Shown here: positions 40,166-53,948 of the stretch, in pieces | How positions within the stretch are numbered: position 1 is the first letter of the stretch | Layout of the letters: each line of letters begins with the position of its first letter | NCBI GenBank assembly: GCA_012295275.1 | Contig: CM022668.1 | Span: forward strand, 2,356,001-2,420,000 | Source of the DNA: Chrysomallon squamiferum | Taxonomy: Eukaryota > Animalia > Mollusca | Direction: 5' to 3' | DNA length: 64,000 nucleotides | The notes under the pieces: generated by a model | Database searches by the model: none | Told to the model about the DNA's origin: nothing | Seen by the model: the letters and a program-made list of their open reading frames with translations, nothing else | Made by a program: the position numbers and the translations under genes

Positions 40166-42323
40166 ATTTTTTTTTAACCTAAATTAAAAATGTTGAACTG
40201 AAAACTACCAAATTTACCACCCAAGTGAATAAACCTAATAAATATCATTCTTCGTTTCTTACAATATTTATTTATTTATTTTTATATTTTATTTTTTTCA
40301 TACACCAGTAACACACTGCCATAAAACGTCTGATTCATTTTTCAACAATTCTAAATTTATTTCTTATTGATTCAATGTGCACAATTGTTTTAATTATTAA
40401 TTATATGAATATTTATAATAATATATAAATGAATTCTTAAATTGTATGTTAATTATGTTGATTTTTATGTGTATATTCATTGTTAATTTTGAAAAATTGA
40501 TATATAATCAATGAAAATAATGTTTGATAGATTTGTATGTATAATTAATTTTTTTTTTTAAATGATTCTATTTATGAAAATATTAAAAATAGTAAATTTA
40601 ATTGTTACTGCAGTTGTTAATTTATATCAACCCCAAAAAACAAATAAAAATAATATATATATATATATATATATAATAAAAAATAATAAATGAATAAAAC
40701 TTGATTATTTTCATTAATTAAAAAATATAATAATAATACTTTGAAATTTGACAAATTGTATGCAAATGTCTTAATTGTATTTTATTTCACAATAAAATAA
40801 GTATATAATATTTTTATGTATAATATTTAAATATATGATTGATGTAAGGAGTCAAAATAAGAGTTGGTAGATAAGTGTATCTGAGTTTTTGTTTTATATA
40901 TCAGAATACCAGTGATTATTGTATATCTATAGGTGAAATATGATTGATATGCATGATATAATAATTAATTACTGTTTTTATTTATTTCAGTTGTCTCTTT
41001 CATAGTTTCTTTTTATCTTGTAATTATCCAAAATATTACATATGGCTTTTTTGCTTTGAAATTTTCTTCTGTTTCTAATATATAATTATGTGCTTTGTTT
41101 TAATCTGTAAGAATAAATATAAAAACTGTTTCAATTTGTATTTTTCATTGAGATAATTTTAAAATATCTGATGATTAAAAATGATTGATAATTTCGTACA
41201 TTTGTTGTTGTTTTTCTTACTATTTATTAACCAGAAATAAAAACAAAATACACTCTGATATACAAAAGAACAAAAAAAACAACTATAAATTCTGTTCTAT
41301 CGAATGTTTTCCTTTTTTCATTTAACCTTCCATCCTTCTTCTTCTGTTCTTCTTATTCTTATTATTAATAATAATAATAAAAACAATGTAAACAAATGTT
41401 GTTCTTCATCTTGTCCTTATTGTTTTTATTATTACTATTATTATCATTATTATATTTATTATTACTATTATTATTATCATTATTATATTTATTATTACTA
41501 TTATTATTATCATTATTATATTTATTATCATTATTATGATTATTATTATTATTATTATTATTGTATTTATTATTATTATTATTATATTTATTAGTATTTC
41601 AAACAACTGAAATTAATGTCACTGTATAATTATAAGAATTATTTTTATAACTATAATCAAGTTACACCATTTTTTTTTTTCATATAAAAAATAAATATAT
41701 ATATAATTACACATGTGACACTGTTTTTCAATGAACATTTATGCCATGCAGTTTGTAATACTCATTATAAATATACTGATTTCAACAAATATTTTCATTC
41801 TGGCATTAAATTTAAAACAAGAAAAACACTACTTTCATGTTTATGATCATAAAATAATCTCAGGCATCAAGATAAAATCCTTAGATCAACAGAAATCTTA
41901 ATTGATCCAGATCAAGTTTTAAATCACTGTTACACCCTCAAAACTGAAATCATCAAGTTTAATATCATAGAATTACAGCTTTGTATTCACGTGTGTTCAT
42001 AAAATAATACTACATATGACAAAATCTGTTACTGATGTGTCTCTGTGTTTAATGACATAATAATGGATGCAAAAACATCAAGTTTAATGATTCTGGCCTC
42101 ACTCCATGTTTTAACTGATATAATATTTACATATCCTCACCAGCATGAAGAAGAAATGATAAAAGAAAAAAATATTAAGGAACAAACAAAACAATCAGAA
42201 CATAAAAACTGTTGTGTTATTTGTCATCATCAGTTTGAAAAATGACAAATTTTTGATGTTTGCTCAGATAACAAGAAATTTTTTGTCTTAATAATAAAAT
42301 TCCACTGTTAAAGTTGTGATTTG

Positions 42324-45300
42324 TCAAGGTTGTGACTTCTTAAAAACGTCTACAGAAGCAGTTTCTACGTTATTTTCTTTATTGTCAGTTTCAAGATGAT
42401 TTGTCAGAGTTGTCTGTCCTTCCTTGTTATCTTTATCAACATCAGCTGAGCTGGACGTGATTTCTGCTCTGTATTCTTGCTTTTCATTGGCCGAGTCTGG
42501 CTGCAGTGTATGTTTAAATAAAATTTCTGGTTGGATGGTGTTTTTAGCTACAGATTCTGATTGGATGGTGTTTTTTGCTACAGTATTTTCAGATAAAGAC
42601 TCAGACTGGATATTATTTTTCGACTCAAATTCTGATTGGATAGTATTTTTAAAATTCAGTTCTGGCTGGACAGTGGTTTTCAGTGATTTATCATTGTGAA
42701 TTTCAGTGGAAGTAAATTTTGTTATTTCCTTGAGGACATCTTTTTCCTGCAGCTCACCTGGATGTGGATTTTCCAGCTTGGATTTAGTATCTTGAGACTT
42801 TGCTGTATGTTCCATCTTGGAAGTGTCCATGGCAACATCAGCTTGTGTTTCAGAATCAATGTCGGAACTCTCTTTCTCAGGTCCACCAGTCAGATGGTTG
42901 CTATGGGTAACAGAGTCAGTGGAGACATCTGAAGGAGATGTCACAGTAAAGTGCTGAGGAGTGATGGTGGACAAACGGAAAACTTCCTCAGAGTTTTCAT
43001 ATTCTTTGTCATCAAAGTTGTACTGAATACTGAGAAACTCGTCAACAATGTTTGTGTCTGACCTGTGATCACTCTGCACATCAGATCTAATCAGACTGTC
43101 TGATTTGCTATCAGAATTTTCTCGATTTTCCTCTGAATGTTGAGGATTATTATTTAAAAGGTCAAAATCACTCTCTGAAACTTGAGAATTAGTGTCTGAA
43201 ACTTTATGACTAAACTCTGAAACTTCAGCACTATCTTCTGAAACAGCTTCAGAATTACTGTCTGAAACGTCAGTATAGTCCTCTGAAGAAATTTTAGAAT
43301 TACTCTGTGAAACTTCATGATTACTGTATGAAACTTCATGTCTCTGCTCTGAAACTTCACTATTACTGTCAAAAACTTCATGTTTCTGTTCTGAAACTTC
43401 ACTATTACTGTCCAAAACTTCAGTATTACTGTCAAAAACGTCATTATTACTGTCAAAATCTTCAGGAATCACTGTCAGAAACTTGAGGATTGCCTTCTGT
43501 GGTTGTTGAGGAAGATCTGGCTTGGTGTGAGCTGCTGTACTCGTGGCCTGTGTGACAGATTCGTGGGTCTGGGTGGAAGGGAAGAGGAAGGGGTTGAGTA
43601 TGCACTGCTGTCCTATGAAGTAATGATCATCAGGGCAAGATGACACACACTGGTTCTTGTGCAGGAAATACTTACACATCTGAAACATTTTAAAAATAAG
43701 TTTGTATTCATTTTAAAACATTCAGAATATAGTGAAATATAACGAAACGTTCTAAAAAAATACATACACAGCTAGATTAATATTTGAGTTTTAAAATATT
43801 CATAAAAATACTTAAATATCTGAAAAATATTTATAACTAAATTTTTGTTTCTGATTTAAAGATTCTTCAAAATATCTGAACAAACAAATAAATAAATAAA
43901 ATAACAAATAAATAAATAAATAAATAAATAAATAAATGGACAAATAAACATTATCAATTTTAACTGATTGTTTTTGCCATTAACTTTTCAAATATGAAAT
44001 AATATTCTTCTACTGTTGATCGTATTCAGTCTAGCATGAAGAGATATTTAAACTTAAGAGACCAGACTTCACACTTCAGTCTGTGACTAACTAAAAACTG
44101 AAATCACTTACAACACAGTCTGTGACTAAGTAAGAACTGAGATGACTTACAACACAGTCTGTGACTAAGTAAGAACTGAGATGACACTGAGTAAAAACTG
44201 AGACGACTTACAACACAGTCTGAAGATATCTGTGACTGAGTAAGAACTGAGATGACTTACAACACAGTCTGTGTCTCTGGGTCCTGTGACTAAGTAAGAT
44301 GACTTACAACACAGTTTAAAAAACTGAGATGACATTTGTATTCATTTCTGTGAAAACATTCAAGAACTAGAGATAAATATAACGAAATGTTCTAAAAAAA
44401 ATACTTATAGTCTGTGACAGCTGGATTAATATTCATAAAAAACTGAGATGACTTAAATATCTGAAAAAACTATTTAAAACATATTTGTGTTTCTGATTTA
44501 AACTGAAGATTCTTTAAAAAATCTCAACAAACAAACAATTAAATAAATAAATAAACAAATAAACATAAATTTTAACACAGTATGTGACTGATTTCTGCCA
44601 TTAACTTTTCTCAATATTCCTCTACAACATCTGTGACTCCTATTCAGTCTAGCATGAAGAGATATTTAAACTTAAACACTGAGATGACCAGACTTCTGAG
44701 ATGACATTACAGTCTGTGACTAAGTAAAAACTGAGATGACTTACAACACAGTCTGTGACTGAACTGAGATGACTTACGACACAGTCTGTGACTAAGTGAG
44801 AACTGAGACGACTTACGACACAGTCTGTGACTAAGTGAGAACTGAGATGACTTACGACACAGTCTGTGACTAAGTAAGAACTGAGATGACTTACGACACA
44901 GTCTGTGTCTGTGGGTCCAGTGCAGACGACTAAGTAAGAACTGAGATGACTTACGACACAGTCTGTGTCTGTGGGTCCAGTGCAGCCGACGGCGCACTCC
45001 GTGTGACAGCAGCCGAACACGTCCGTGCTGAAACAGTGGTTCAAACAGGAAGAGGGGCACGTCATCGTGTTCACTGAAACACAAACAAAGCTTATTTTTA
45101 CATCTATCTACTTAATTACACATTTGTTTAGTGAATTTAACCTCTGTACGTGTAATTTTACATTTGTTTAGTTAATTATAAATTTATTTTAGTTAATTAT
45201 ACATTTACTGATTTAATTTTATATTTATTTAGTCAATTTTACATTTACTGATTTAATTTTACATTTATTTAGTTAATTATAAATTTATTTTACTTAATAA

Positions 45301-47107
45301 TACATTTCTTTATTTAATTTTACATTTGTTAATGAATCTGTTAATTTTAAAATATTTTATTTATACGTTTTTGTCTTCAAATTATTCATTTACTAGCGTG
45401 TTTTAATTATATTTGATTACATTCTCAATCATTTCGATATTTCTTTATTTATATTTTTAACATCTATTTATTTATATGCATTCATAATTTTAATCCTAAC
45501 ACTATCACAAACCTTAACCCTACTCTGATGTATATCTTAAGTGAACAGTTTATTCAATTAAACATAAATTTAATTCTTTCCAAAAATTCGTCCTAACTTT
45601 TATTGTTTTGTACCAAAAGTTTTCTTCAAATAATCTGACACTGAAATCCACCCTAACTACAAGGCTCATTCTAACCCTAAACACTATCCTAATCTAACGA
45701 AAACCCTAATCCTATCCTTAATCCTATCCCTAACCCTATCCCTAACCTCCCATTCTGTTACAGCACCATTTAAGTATTTATATTTTATAAATGAACACTG
45801 GAAAGAAAGAAAAAACACAAAAAAGATTTGATCACTCACCTTTCTGACACAGGTTGTCTTCTGGTCCCCAGCATCGACTCACGTTGCCATGACGACAGTG
45901 GGAGGAACATGGCTCACCTTAGTAATATACAACACAATACAATAGTTAAAATAATGATTATTGTTTAAAATGCATTTAACTAACAGTGACAGTTCATCAC
46001 AAAATAAAATATACGAGAAATTTTATGACATAATTTTGTTTTTGTTTTTAATATCCATCATCATTATTCTTCTTCTGTTATTTTTGCTGCTATTTTTATT
46101 ATTATTGTTTTTATTGCTGTTGTTGGTGGTGTTGTTGTTGTCGTTGTCGTTTGCTGCTGCTACTATTGTTGTTAAACTTACAGTTAGTTGAATGTCCGTG
46201 TTTCTTCATATGTAACACATTGTCTCTGTTGGGGGTCAGGTGATCCCAGTCAATGGTGTCCACGTGACATAGCAACGGGTTTTCTAGAAACAGGACGTTT
46301 CCTCGAGAAATCTCTGAAATAAGAATTATTACAATAACAGTGCAATATCTGTCATTGTATGGCATGCAAATCAGAGTGAATCAGTGTTTAAAGACTCTTA
46401 AATATACTGCTGTACTGCAGGTTAATTTAAATGTTTTTCAGAGGAGAAACCCAAATAACTTTAGCTATTACTTTTTTTACAATCAAGAAAGTATCTTTAA
46501 TAAGAAATATGCAATAAATAAATAAATAAATAAATGTTATAAACGTAGAAATATTAGAAGATCATGAAAAACAATTAATTGTCCATATATTTTAGATTTA
46601 AATGCAGCCACAATAAAATCTTCTTCAATTCTAACCCAACGTACGTTTTTTTTTAATCTTACCTTTCAGTTCTGGCATTTGCAAAGACCTCAGACCATTG
46701 GTCATATTTCTGGAGGTCAAGGTCACAACAAGACCGTAGTCGGAACCGAGAACGGAGAAGGTGCTGTCCGCGCGAATCAGCTTCAGTTTTGGAAGCGAGA
46801 TTTTCTCAACTTCCGTCACGAGACCAATCAGAACGTACCCTGTCACCATCTCGATGTCTTTCAGAAAGTCCACATCGTAACGTATATCCTTGGAAACGAG
46901 GTTGGTGACCTCCAGGTTACCGTTGACAAACGTGCAGCCGGAGTAGTGACGTTTCAATGACGTATAGTGGTCTGACAGATTTCCGGAAATAGCGAACCCG
47001 ACATTGGTTCCAGAACATTCTTTAAAAGTGACGTCTTCGCCTGAGAGAAAAATAATAATAAAAATTTTAAAAATTAAAACGTCAAATATAACTTGTCTCT
47101 GTCTTTT

Positions 47108-47147
<40 letters not shown>

Positions 47148-47600
47148 TGTTAACTTTCAATTTCACGGACTAATAATGGGAAGCAGCTGTTCAGAAAATG
47201 TAAACATTAACCCTAAAATGTACCGAAACATTAAACCTCAGTACACATAACAGCTACATAATAAGTAATGTAATAATACAGGCAGACATAAAAACAGTGT
47301 AAACAAATGTTGTTGTTGTTGTTCTTGTCCTTATAGTTTTTGTTATTATCATTGTTGTTGTTGTTGTCGTCGTTGTTATTGTTATTGTAGTTGATATTGT
47401 CGTTGTCGTTATTATTATTGCTGTTGTTATTCTTATCATTAATTAAAAAAAAAAGTAAAAGAAATGTAATCACAAAAAATGTTTTATGAGTTTGTTTTTG
47501 ATTGACAGTTGGCATTTTTATAGACTGGTTTATGTGTCCATGTTCTTGTTTCTGTGTGTAAGAATGTTTCTAAAAGCTATGTATGCATGTATGTACGTAC

Positions 47601-47689
<89 letters not shown>

Positions 47690-48826
47690 ATGTATGTGTG
47701 TGGATATTACAGTAAAACTGTGAAACTAGGGGTTTGGTGAAATCAGCTTTTACGAAGATATAAGTGTAATTTCACACAGCAAGTTCTATATTTAGTTTGT
47801 TTGTCGCATTCTTCGGTTCTGACATTTAAAAGGTTATCACTTCGTTGATTCCCTGTTAATGAGAAAGTCTGGTGACGTCACTTAGAGTTAATTAAAGCAG
47901 GGAGAGGAAATCGAGTCACGAACAGCCGCCAGCTCGAGTTTTGCTTTGAGTTGCGAGCCAGTATTCGAGTTACGAGCGAGCTTCAGAAACGCCGCCGCTG
48001 GTCGACGCAACGAACAACACAACATCCGCCCAGCATCCCTCGCTTCACGTGGTTACCTCGCCGTAGAAACATTTCTGTTGCGGTCGCGTTTTGTTCAGTA
48101 TTTTGCCAAATTTCTATTTTCAAACCATGGATTCTAAGAAAGTGAGTGCAAAGGACAGTGCTGAGAAGAAGAAGCGGATGATGTCCATTGAATTAAAGCT
48201 TGAATTCATAGAAAAACATAAGCGAGATTTGTGTGTAGTCGACTTGTCTAGGCAGTATGAGCGTACTGAAGCAGAAGGAGTCGATAAAGGCTGTAACTCC
48301 AGCTACAGGCGTTAAAATAATTTGTCTGATCTCCAAGATAAATACACTTTAAAAAAATCAATTTATTTCTCTGCGTTCTCTTTTATTTTGTTTTTATGGA
48401 ATATTTGTCATTTATAAATAATTTTTTCTTATTTAAAAACACGTTACAAAAAAGAAATATATGGTTTTTAGGGGGCTGGAAGGATTAATAGTATTTCATT
48501 TAATTTCAGTTGGGAAAATTGATTTGATATACGAGCAAATTGAACGGAACGAATTAAATTCGTAAGTCAAGGAACCAATGTAGTAGCTTTTGTTTTCACG
48601 ATGTTTTCCAGTTACAGAAAGTTTATAATAATATAAATAATAATCTTAATAACAATTTCTATTAATTCAAAAATTACTTCTTTTCGTTTTGATTTTCAAT
48701 ATCTCAACATAACTATTATCATCATCGTCATTATTATTATTGTTATCATCATATTCATCATCATCATTATTATTATTGTTGGTGTTGGTGTTGTTGTTGT
48801 CGTCGTCGTCGTTGTTGTTGCTGTTG

Positions 48827-48860
<34 letters not shown>

Positions 48861-50133
48861 GTTGTTGTTGTTGTTGTTGTAAGTTTTATTTGTAAGTTTT
48901 GAAACAAAATAATGCAGTTACATTTTTGGTATAGAGAATAGTTTGTAATTATTAAAAACTTGTGACTGCAGTTTTTGCATTTGTTATGCTAATTTATTCT
49001 GTTATTTATTTTATTTTATTTTATTAACAATTTTATTTATTTATATAGTTTATTTAATTCAGTTAATGAGTTTGTTATTACGTTTAGCTATACTGAAGTA
49101 ATGGTCGCATTTAAAAAACAAATAATAAAAATTAAAACTCTTCATTAAAACACTCAAATAAATTTAATCCTGATTTATACAAAATATTGCCATTTTTATT
49201 TTTAAGTTTTTATTTTAAAACATCTCAGCATACACATATACTGACAGGCATTGGATTTAAGCGTATTAATAATGTTCATTTTTATACATATATATAAAAA
49301 TTAAAAAGTATTGAGAAACGTCTAATATGTAAATATTTTATCATTTTTTATAACTGAACCGAAAACTGCTGTTTCAAAAGTAAAAATATTTTATTTCCAA
49401 ATCTACCTTTTTTTCACATTTTATAATCATGTTTTTTTTTTTTTTTCCTCTCTGTGTGCAAAACAGAGAAACCTGTTCCTTGATACGATAAGAAATAAAA
49501 ACAAAACTGATTAAACTGTAAACAAACTGCTTTTTTGTGTGTCTGCGGTTACATAGATATATCTTATTTATTTATTTATTTATTTATTTGTTTGTTTGTT
49601 TGTTTGTTTGTCTTATATTATTATTATTTTTACTTATATAAATCAAAGAAAAACGTAATTTAAAATGTTCCTATATATAGGTAATTTTTTGTTTGTTTGT
49701 TGTTTTATTTGACCCATGAAATAAAGTTTAATAAATAAATAGACTGATAGACAGACAGACAGACAGATAGATAGACAGATAGATAGACAGACAGACAGAC
49801 AATCAGACAGATAGATGGATAAATAGATAGATATAGATAGCTATACAGATAGATAGATAGACAAATATATGGATAGATAGATAGATAGATAGATGGATAA
49901 ATAGACAGATAGATAAACAGATAAATAAATAAATTGAAGCAGTAGTAATAGCAGTAGCAGCAATAGTAGTGACAGTTTTAGCAGAGTAGTTGTAGTAAAC
50001 AAATAAAATAATTAATAAATAAACAGCAATCGAAATAATAGTTGCAGCAGAATTAAAATATAAAAATTTGTCTTTGAGTCTTAAAGTAATAAATTTTACA
50101 AATGGTGATAAGGGAGAGGGAAAGAAAAAGAAA

Positions 50134-50164
<31 letters not shown>

Positions 50165-50169
50165 AATAA

Positions 50170-50200
<31 letters not shown>

Positions 50201-50351
50201 AAGAAGAAGAAGAAATGAAGAAACAAAATAACGTTTGTAATAAACCATTATACTTACTTTTCTTGGGCAGCGAGACTTTGGGGAAAAGTTCAACAGAAAT
50301 GACCGAATGAAAATGAAGAAAGAAAAAAGCAGACGTAAAAACAAGTTCCAT
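42324..50351 (-). CDS. Secreted EGFR-ectodomain-like protein A (signal peptide, receptor L domain, furin-like Cys-rich region, ~420-aa acidic Ser/Thr-rich tail), ~718 aa. Exons 50351-50258, 47040-46663, 46313-46182, 45917-45840, 45073-44955, 43679-42324
   Basis: All junctions are GT-AG with matching phases. Motifs CSGT...HYTSLKRHYSGCTFVNGNLEVT, YDVDFLKDIEMVTGYVLI, LKEISRGNVLFLENPLLCHVDTIDW, CWGPEDNLCQK and CCHTECAVGCTGPTDTDCVMC match EGFR domains I-II. No hydrophobic TM segment. Confidence 0.9.
44075..44990. repeat. 39-bp repeat family carrying the exon-5 end and GTAAGT donor of protein A
   Basis: Plus-strand unit gactaagtaagaactgagatgacttacgacacagtctgt, in two clusters (44075-44330, 44700-44990). 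Confidence 0.9.
47915..48582 (+). mobile_element. Degenerate, internally deleted Tigger/pogo-family DNA transposon in intron 1 of protein A
   Basis: MDSKKVSAKDSAEKKKRMMSIELKLEFIEKHKR...VVDLSRQYERT resembles the CENP-B-type N-terminal HTH of Tigger transposases. The right end cgtaagtcaaggaaccaatg-TA resembles a Tigger TIR plus TA site. The left TIR is not evident. Confidence 0.75.
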
Positions 50352-51423
50352 GTTTGTGAGAGAGAACGGCACCCTCGCTGTGTCCTGTCTCAAACTTTTA
50401 CTCGACTGTTTTTCTCGTTTTATTTACGAGAAATTGGCACAATCTCTAGTTCCTATGGCGACAAAAACAAAAGCGTTTCTCTCGCTGAGAAAGAAAACTC
50501 TAAGCGTATGAATACATAAACAGGGCCAGAGCGATCTTCTTTACCAGTGGGTGTTCAAATAAACAGTTCACAGAAATTCGTTATGATAATCATCATGTTG
50601 ATTTATGTCCCTCCAAAGCATGGAAGAGTTCATTTACAATAATTTAAGAGCGTTAACGCATGCGTACATATAAATACTCTGTATTGTTTATGAATGTCAA
50701 TGTGAATGATTTTGTTCCTTTGTGTGATTGTGGCACACATTTGGAGCTTATAATTTGATGATATATATATATAATTAATAAATAAATAAATATATATATA
50801 TATAAAAAACTTATTTACCATGTTGATGTCTGTCTCTCCACTTGAGATTTCTATTTTTATTCTAATTACGTTTTCATTGCAAGAAGATTGTACTTTTTTT
50901 CAATGCAATACTACCTACTGTTCACTAACCTCTTGTATATCTAACATACTAACTTCCTAACAACTACGAAGCTGAACCACTCCGTCGTTTTAATGTCTTT
51001 ATTTGAATATCTCTCAAAAAATTACATCTGTTGGTACTTTGTGTGTTTTGCCATCTTCCTGTTGAACATTTACTCTCAACAGCGACCTCTACAGGCGGCA
51101 GAAGCAGATGTCTGGTGGGTTAATAAAACCTGCCATTATCTCTGCGTGAAGCCAACGAAACAAAATGACCTGCGTGATTGGTAAAGAAAGGTTCATTTGC
51201 ATGTGTTATTTACCCCAGTTCACCACATTCCTTCATGTACGCATTTAACCCTATTCCTTACCTGCTCGTAATTAGCACGTAATGAAATAAAACAACAAAA
51301 ACACACACATACTCGTACTCAGAGTTATAACACATGTATATACATTCACTCAAACACTTATACGTATTCTCAAGCAGAGACAAGAGACACAGAGACAGTG
51401 ACAAAGCGAGAGACACCCACACC

Positions 51424-51503
<80 letters not shown>

Positions 51504-51545
51504 ATAGTAGTAACTTTTCGCCCATTTGTCTTCATGTCTAGATCT

Positions 51546-51579
<34 letters not shown>

Positions 51580-51701
51580 ATGAATGAATAAAAAAATAAT
51601 AATAATAAATAAAATAATAAATAATAAAAAAAATTAGCCGCTTATAAAAAATAAAAAAATTAGCCGAAAAAAAAAGAATTTTTTGGTTTTGTCAGACTTT
51701 T

Positions 51702-51711
51702 ATTATTATTG

Positions 51712-51758
<47 letters not shown>

Positions 51759-52370
51759 CATACTTATATAGTACCTTTTCCATACCAACTTAGTTCAATG
51801 ATGTTTTACGGTGTAAAATAATAAATTTAAATATAAAAAGACATAGACATAAACATGTTAAAATAAATGTAAACGTAATGGTGAAACATGTTAATATGGT
51901 GGCAAAAATAAATTTCACATTTCAAAATTGTATATGATAATTAATCGACTAACTTGAATATTTTGAAACTGGAAAATAACTCATAACTCTATATTAACAA
52001 AATGGATTTGAAAGAAATGGGTCTTTAACGTTGTTTTCAGTGTAGTTTTTGTGTCAGCCTCTTTGATGTTACTTGGGAGTGAGTTCCACAGTGTCTTTGT
52101 AGCAATCCTGAAACATCTCTAGCAAAGTGGTTGTTCTTATCCTTGGTGTTACTAATCTTACTGACTTCTATGACTGTAGAGTCCTCTTGTCCTGTACACT
52201 TCCAGCAAGACCCTGATGTTCTCTGGGAAACGATCGTTCAAGGTGTTGTATGTGTTGACAGGAGTTTATACTCTGTCCAGCTGAGAAGAGGCAACCAGTA
52301 GAGCTCCTTCAGTACTGGCGATGTGTGAATGTTATGTGATGTCTTGGTCACAATGCGTGAAGCTGTATGA
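51702..52370 (-). mobile_element. 3' fragment of an L2/CR1-group LINE
   Basis: The minus strand encodes decayed ORF2 C-terminal motifs HTSPVLKELYWLP..EYKLL and RCFRIATKTLWNSLPSNIKEA...LKTHFF, followed by a ggaaaaggtactatataag end and a (TAA)n tail. Confidence 0.8.
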
Positions 52371-52510
52371 CGATGGATCAACTTCGTGTGCATGCGTATA
52401 TGAAACTGGCTCGCCAATGCTGGATAATTCATGTTTAAAGAATGACTAGTAGTAGCTGAAGAAGGTTATATCGGTTTTATGTTACGTTACGTTGTGCTAT
52501 GTTATTTGTT

Positions 52511-52553
<43 letters not shown>

Positions 52554-52882
52554 GTTTAGTTAGTTAGTTATGAATTTTTGTTTTTAATGTTTTTATGTAT
52601 ATGAAATTATTTAAAAACATAAACAAGTTTAAATATTTTGTAATGACTTATTTTACATTACATTTTTCTTGCATAATTCCTAAATTAATTCTGTATTTTA
52701 CTGAAATTAAGCATATGTTGACACGCTAAGGATCAACGATACAGAGATAAAAGTAAAAAGCAACGCCTAGAGCGAAGAATCGTCTCGACATATCTGAAAC
52801 GGGCTAGAGTCACGTGACCTGCTCTGAGAGGAAATATCAACAAACTTCAAGAACAGGAAGAAGAAAGAGAAGGAGAAAAAAA

Positions 52883-53876
52883 ATGATGAAGTCATTTTTC
52901 TTGTTGACTGTTTGTTTTATAAACGCGGTCATATCGGTGGAGATAATTAAGACAAGAAGCGAAGAGCTCTTTAAAAGAGAAGGTAGGTTTGGTCTTTTAG
53001 ACATCGTTTAAAACATATGACTAAATTTCGTAACTTAAAAAAGTTCTTATTACTTCGTACAGTACGTCACTCCAAATAGAAATACACTTAGGTCCTAGAA
53101 TATTATAACTTCATGTTTAAAATTTCTTTGTTTTCAAATATTTATAGTAAACATTATACATTTATTTTTAGATTTCAATTATTTGTTTTGTTAATTCTGA
53201 GATAAACGTTTGCCACCATAATTATTCTCTTAATTTATTGCCATGACGATGTAACTAATTACTAGTTAGCGTCTTCGCTGATATAAAATCCAAACTTTAA
53301 TAATTATATTGGTGTGGATGTGTATTTGTGGTAATGTTAAACATATGTCTCCCTCAGTGTTAATTTATATTCATTTATTTTAAGATGATCTATATTTTGT
53401 CTGTTTGCATATAATAACATACAGTTACAGGCCAGTTTATGAGATGACATTTCTATTTTAGTACTGAAAGTTTCCTTCATTTTCAAAACTACCATTATAA
53501 TTATCAATGAACTGAGAGAAGATATTTATATTTCTGACAACTCCCCATACTTCTGTACCGTGTAGTTTAAAAGCCAGATGTAAAAGCGTTGTGTTCTCGT
53601 TAAAACCAGATAAGAACCGCTCTGAAACCCAAACTGCGACCACCATTCCTGAAAGAAAGATATAGTCTGTTTCAAAATAGTCGCTCTAGTTTTTGGTGCA
53701 AATTTTATATTTCAAATAATTATTGTTGTATTGAAGACTTTAGATGTGATGTTTAAAAATATATTTTATATTTTATATATATGGTAAATGTTTGACATAC
53801 TTATATTTGTGGGATATGTTATTTTCAGTTAAAGATTTTAAATAACTATGAACTATGTTAGCAACAACTAAACACA

Positions 53877-53948
<72 letters not shown>

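Noticed and set aside
45505-45750. CCCTAA-like runs as interstitial telomere or Helitron remnant
   Set aside because: Short and too degenerate to assign.
50096-50344. MFLRLLFSFFIF... as the signal-peptide exon of protein A
   Set aside because: Non-ATG start and phase 0 at the 50257 donor, incompatible with exon 2. The MELVFTSAFF frame is phase 1 and resembles paralogue B.
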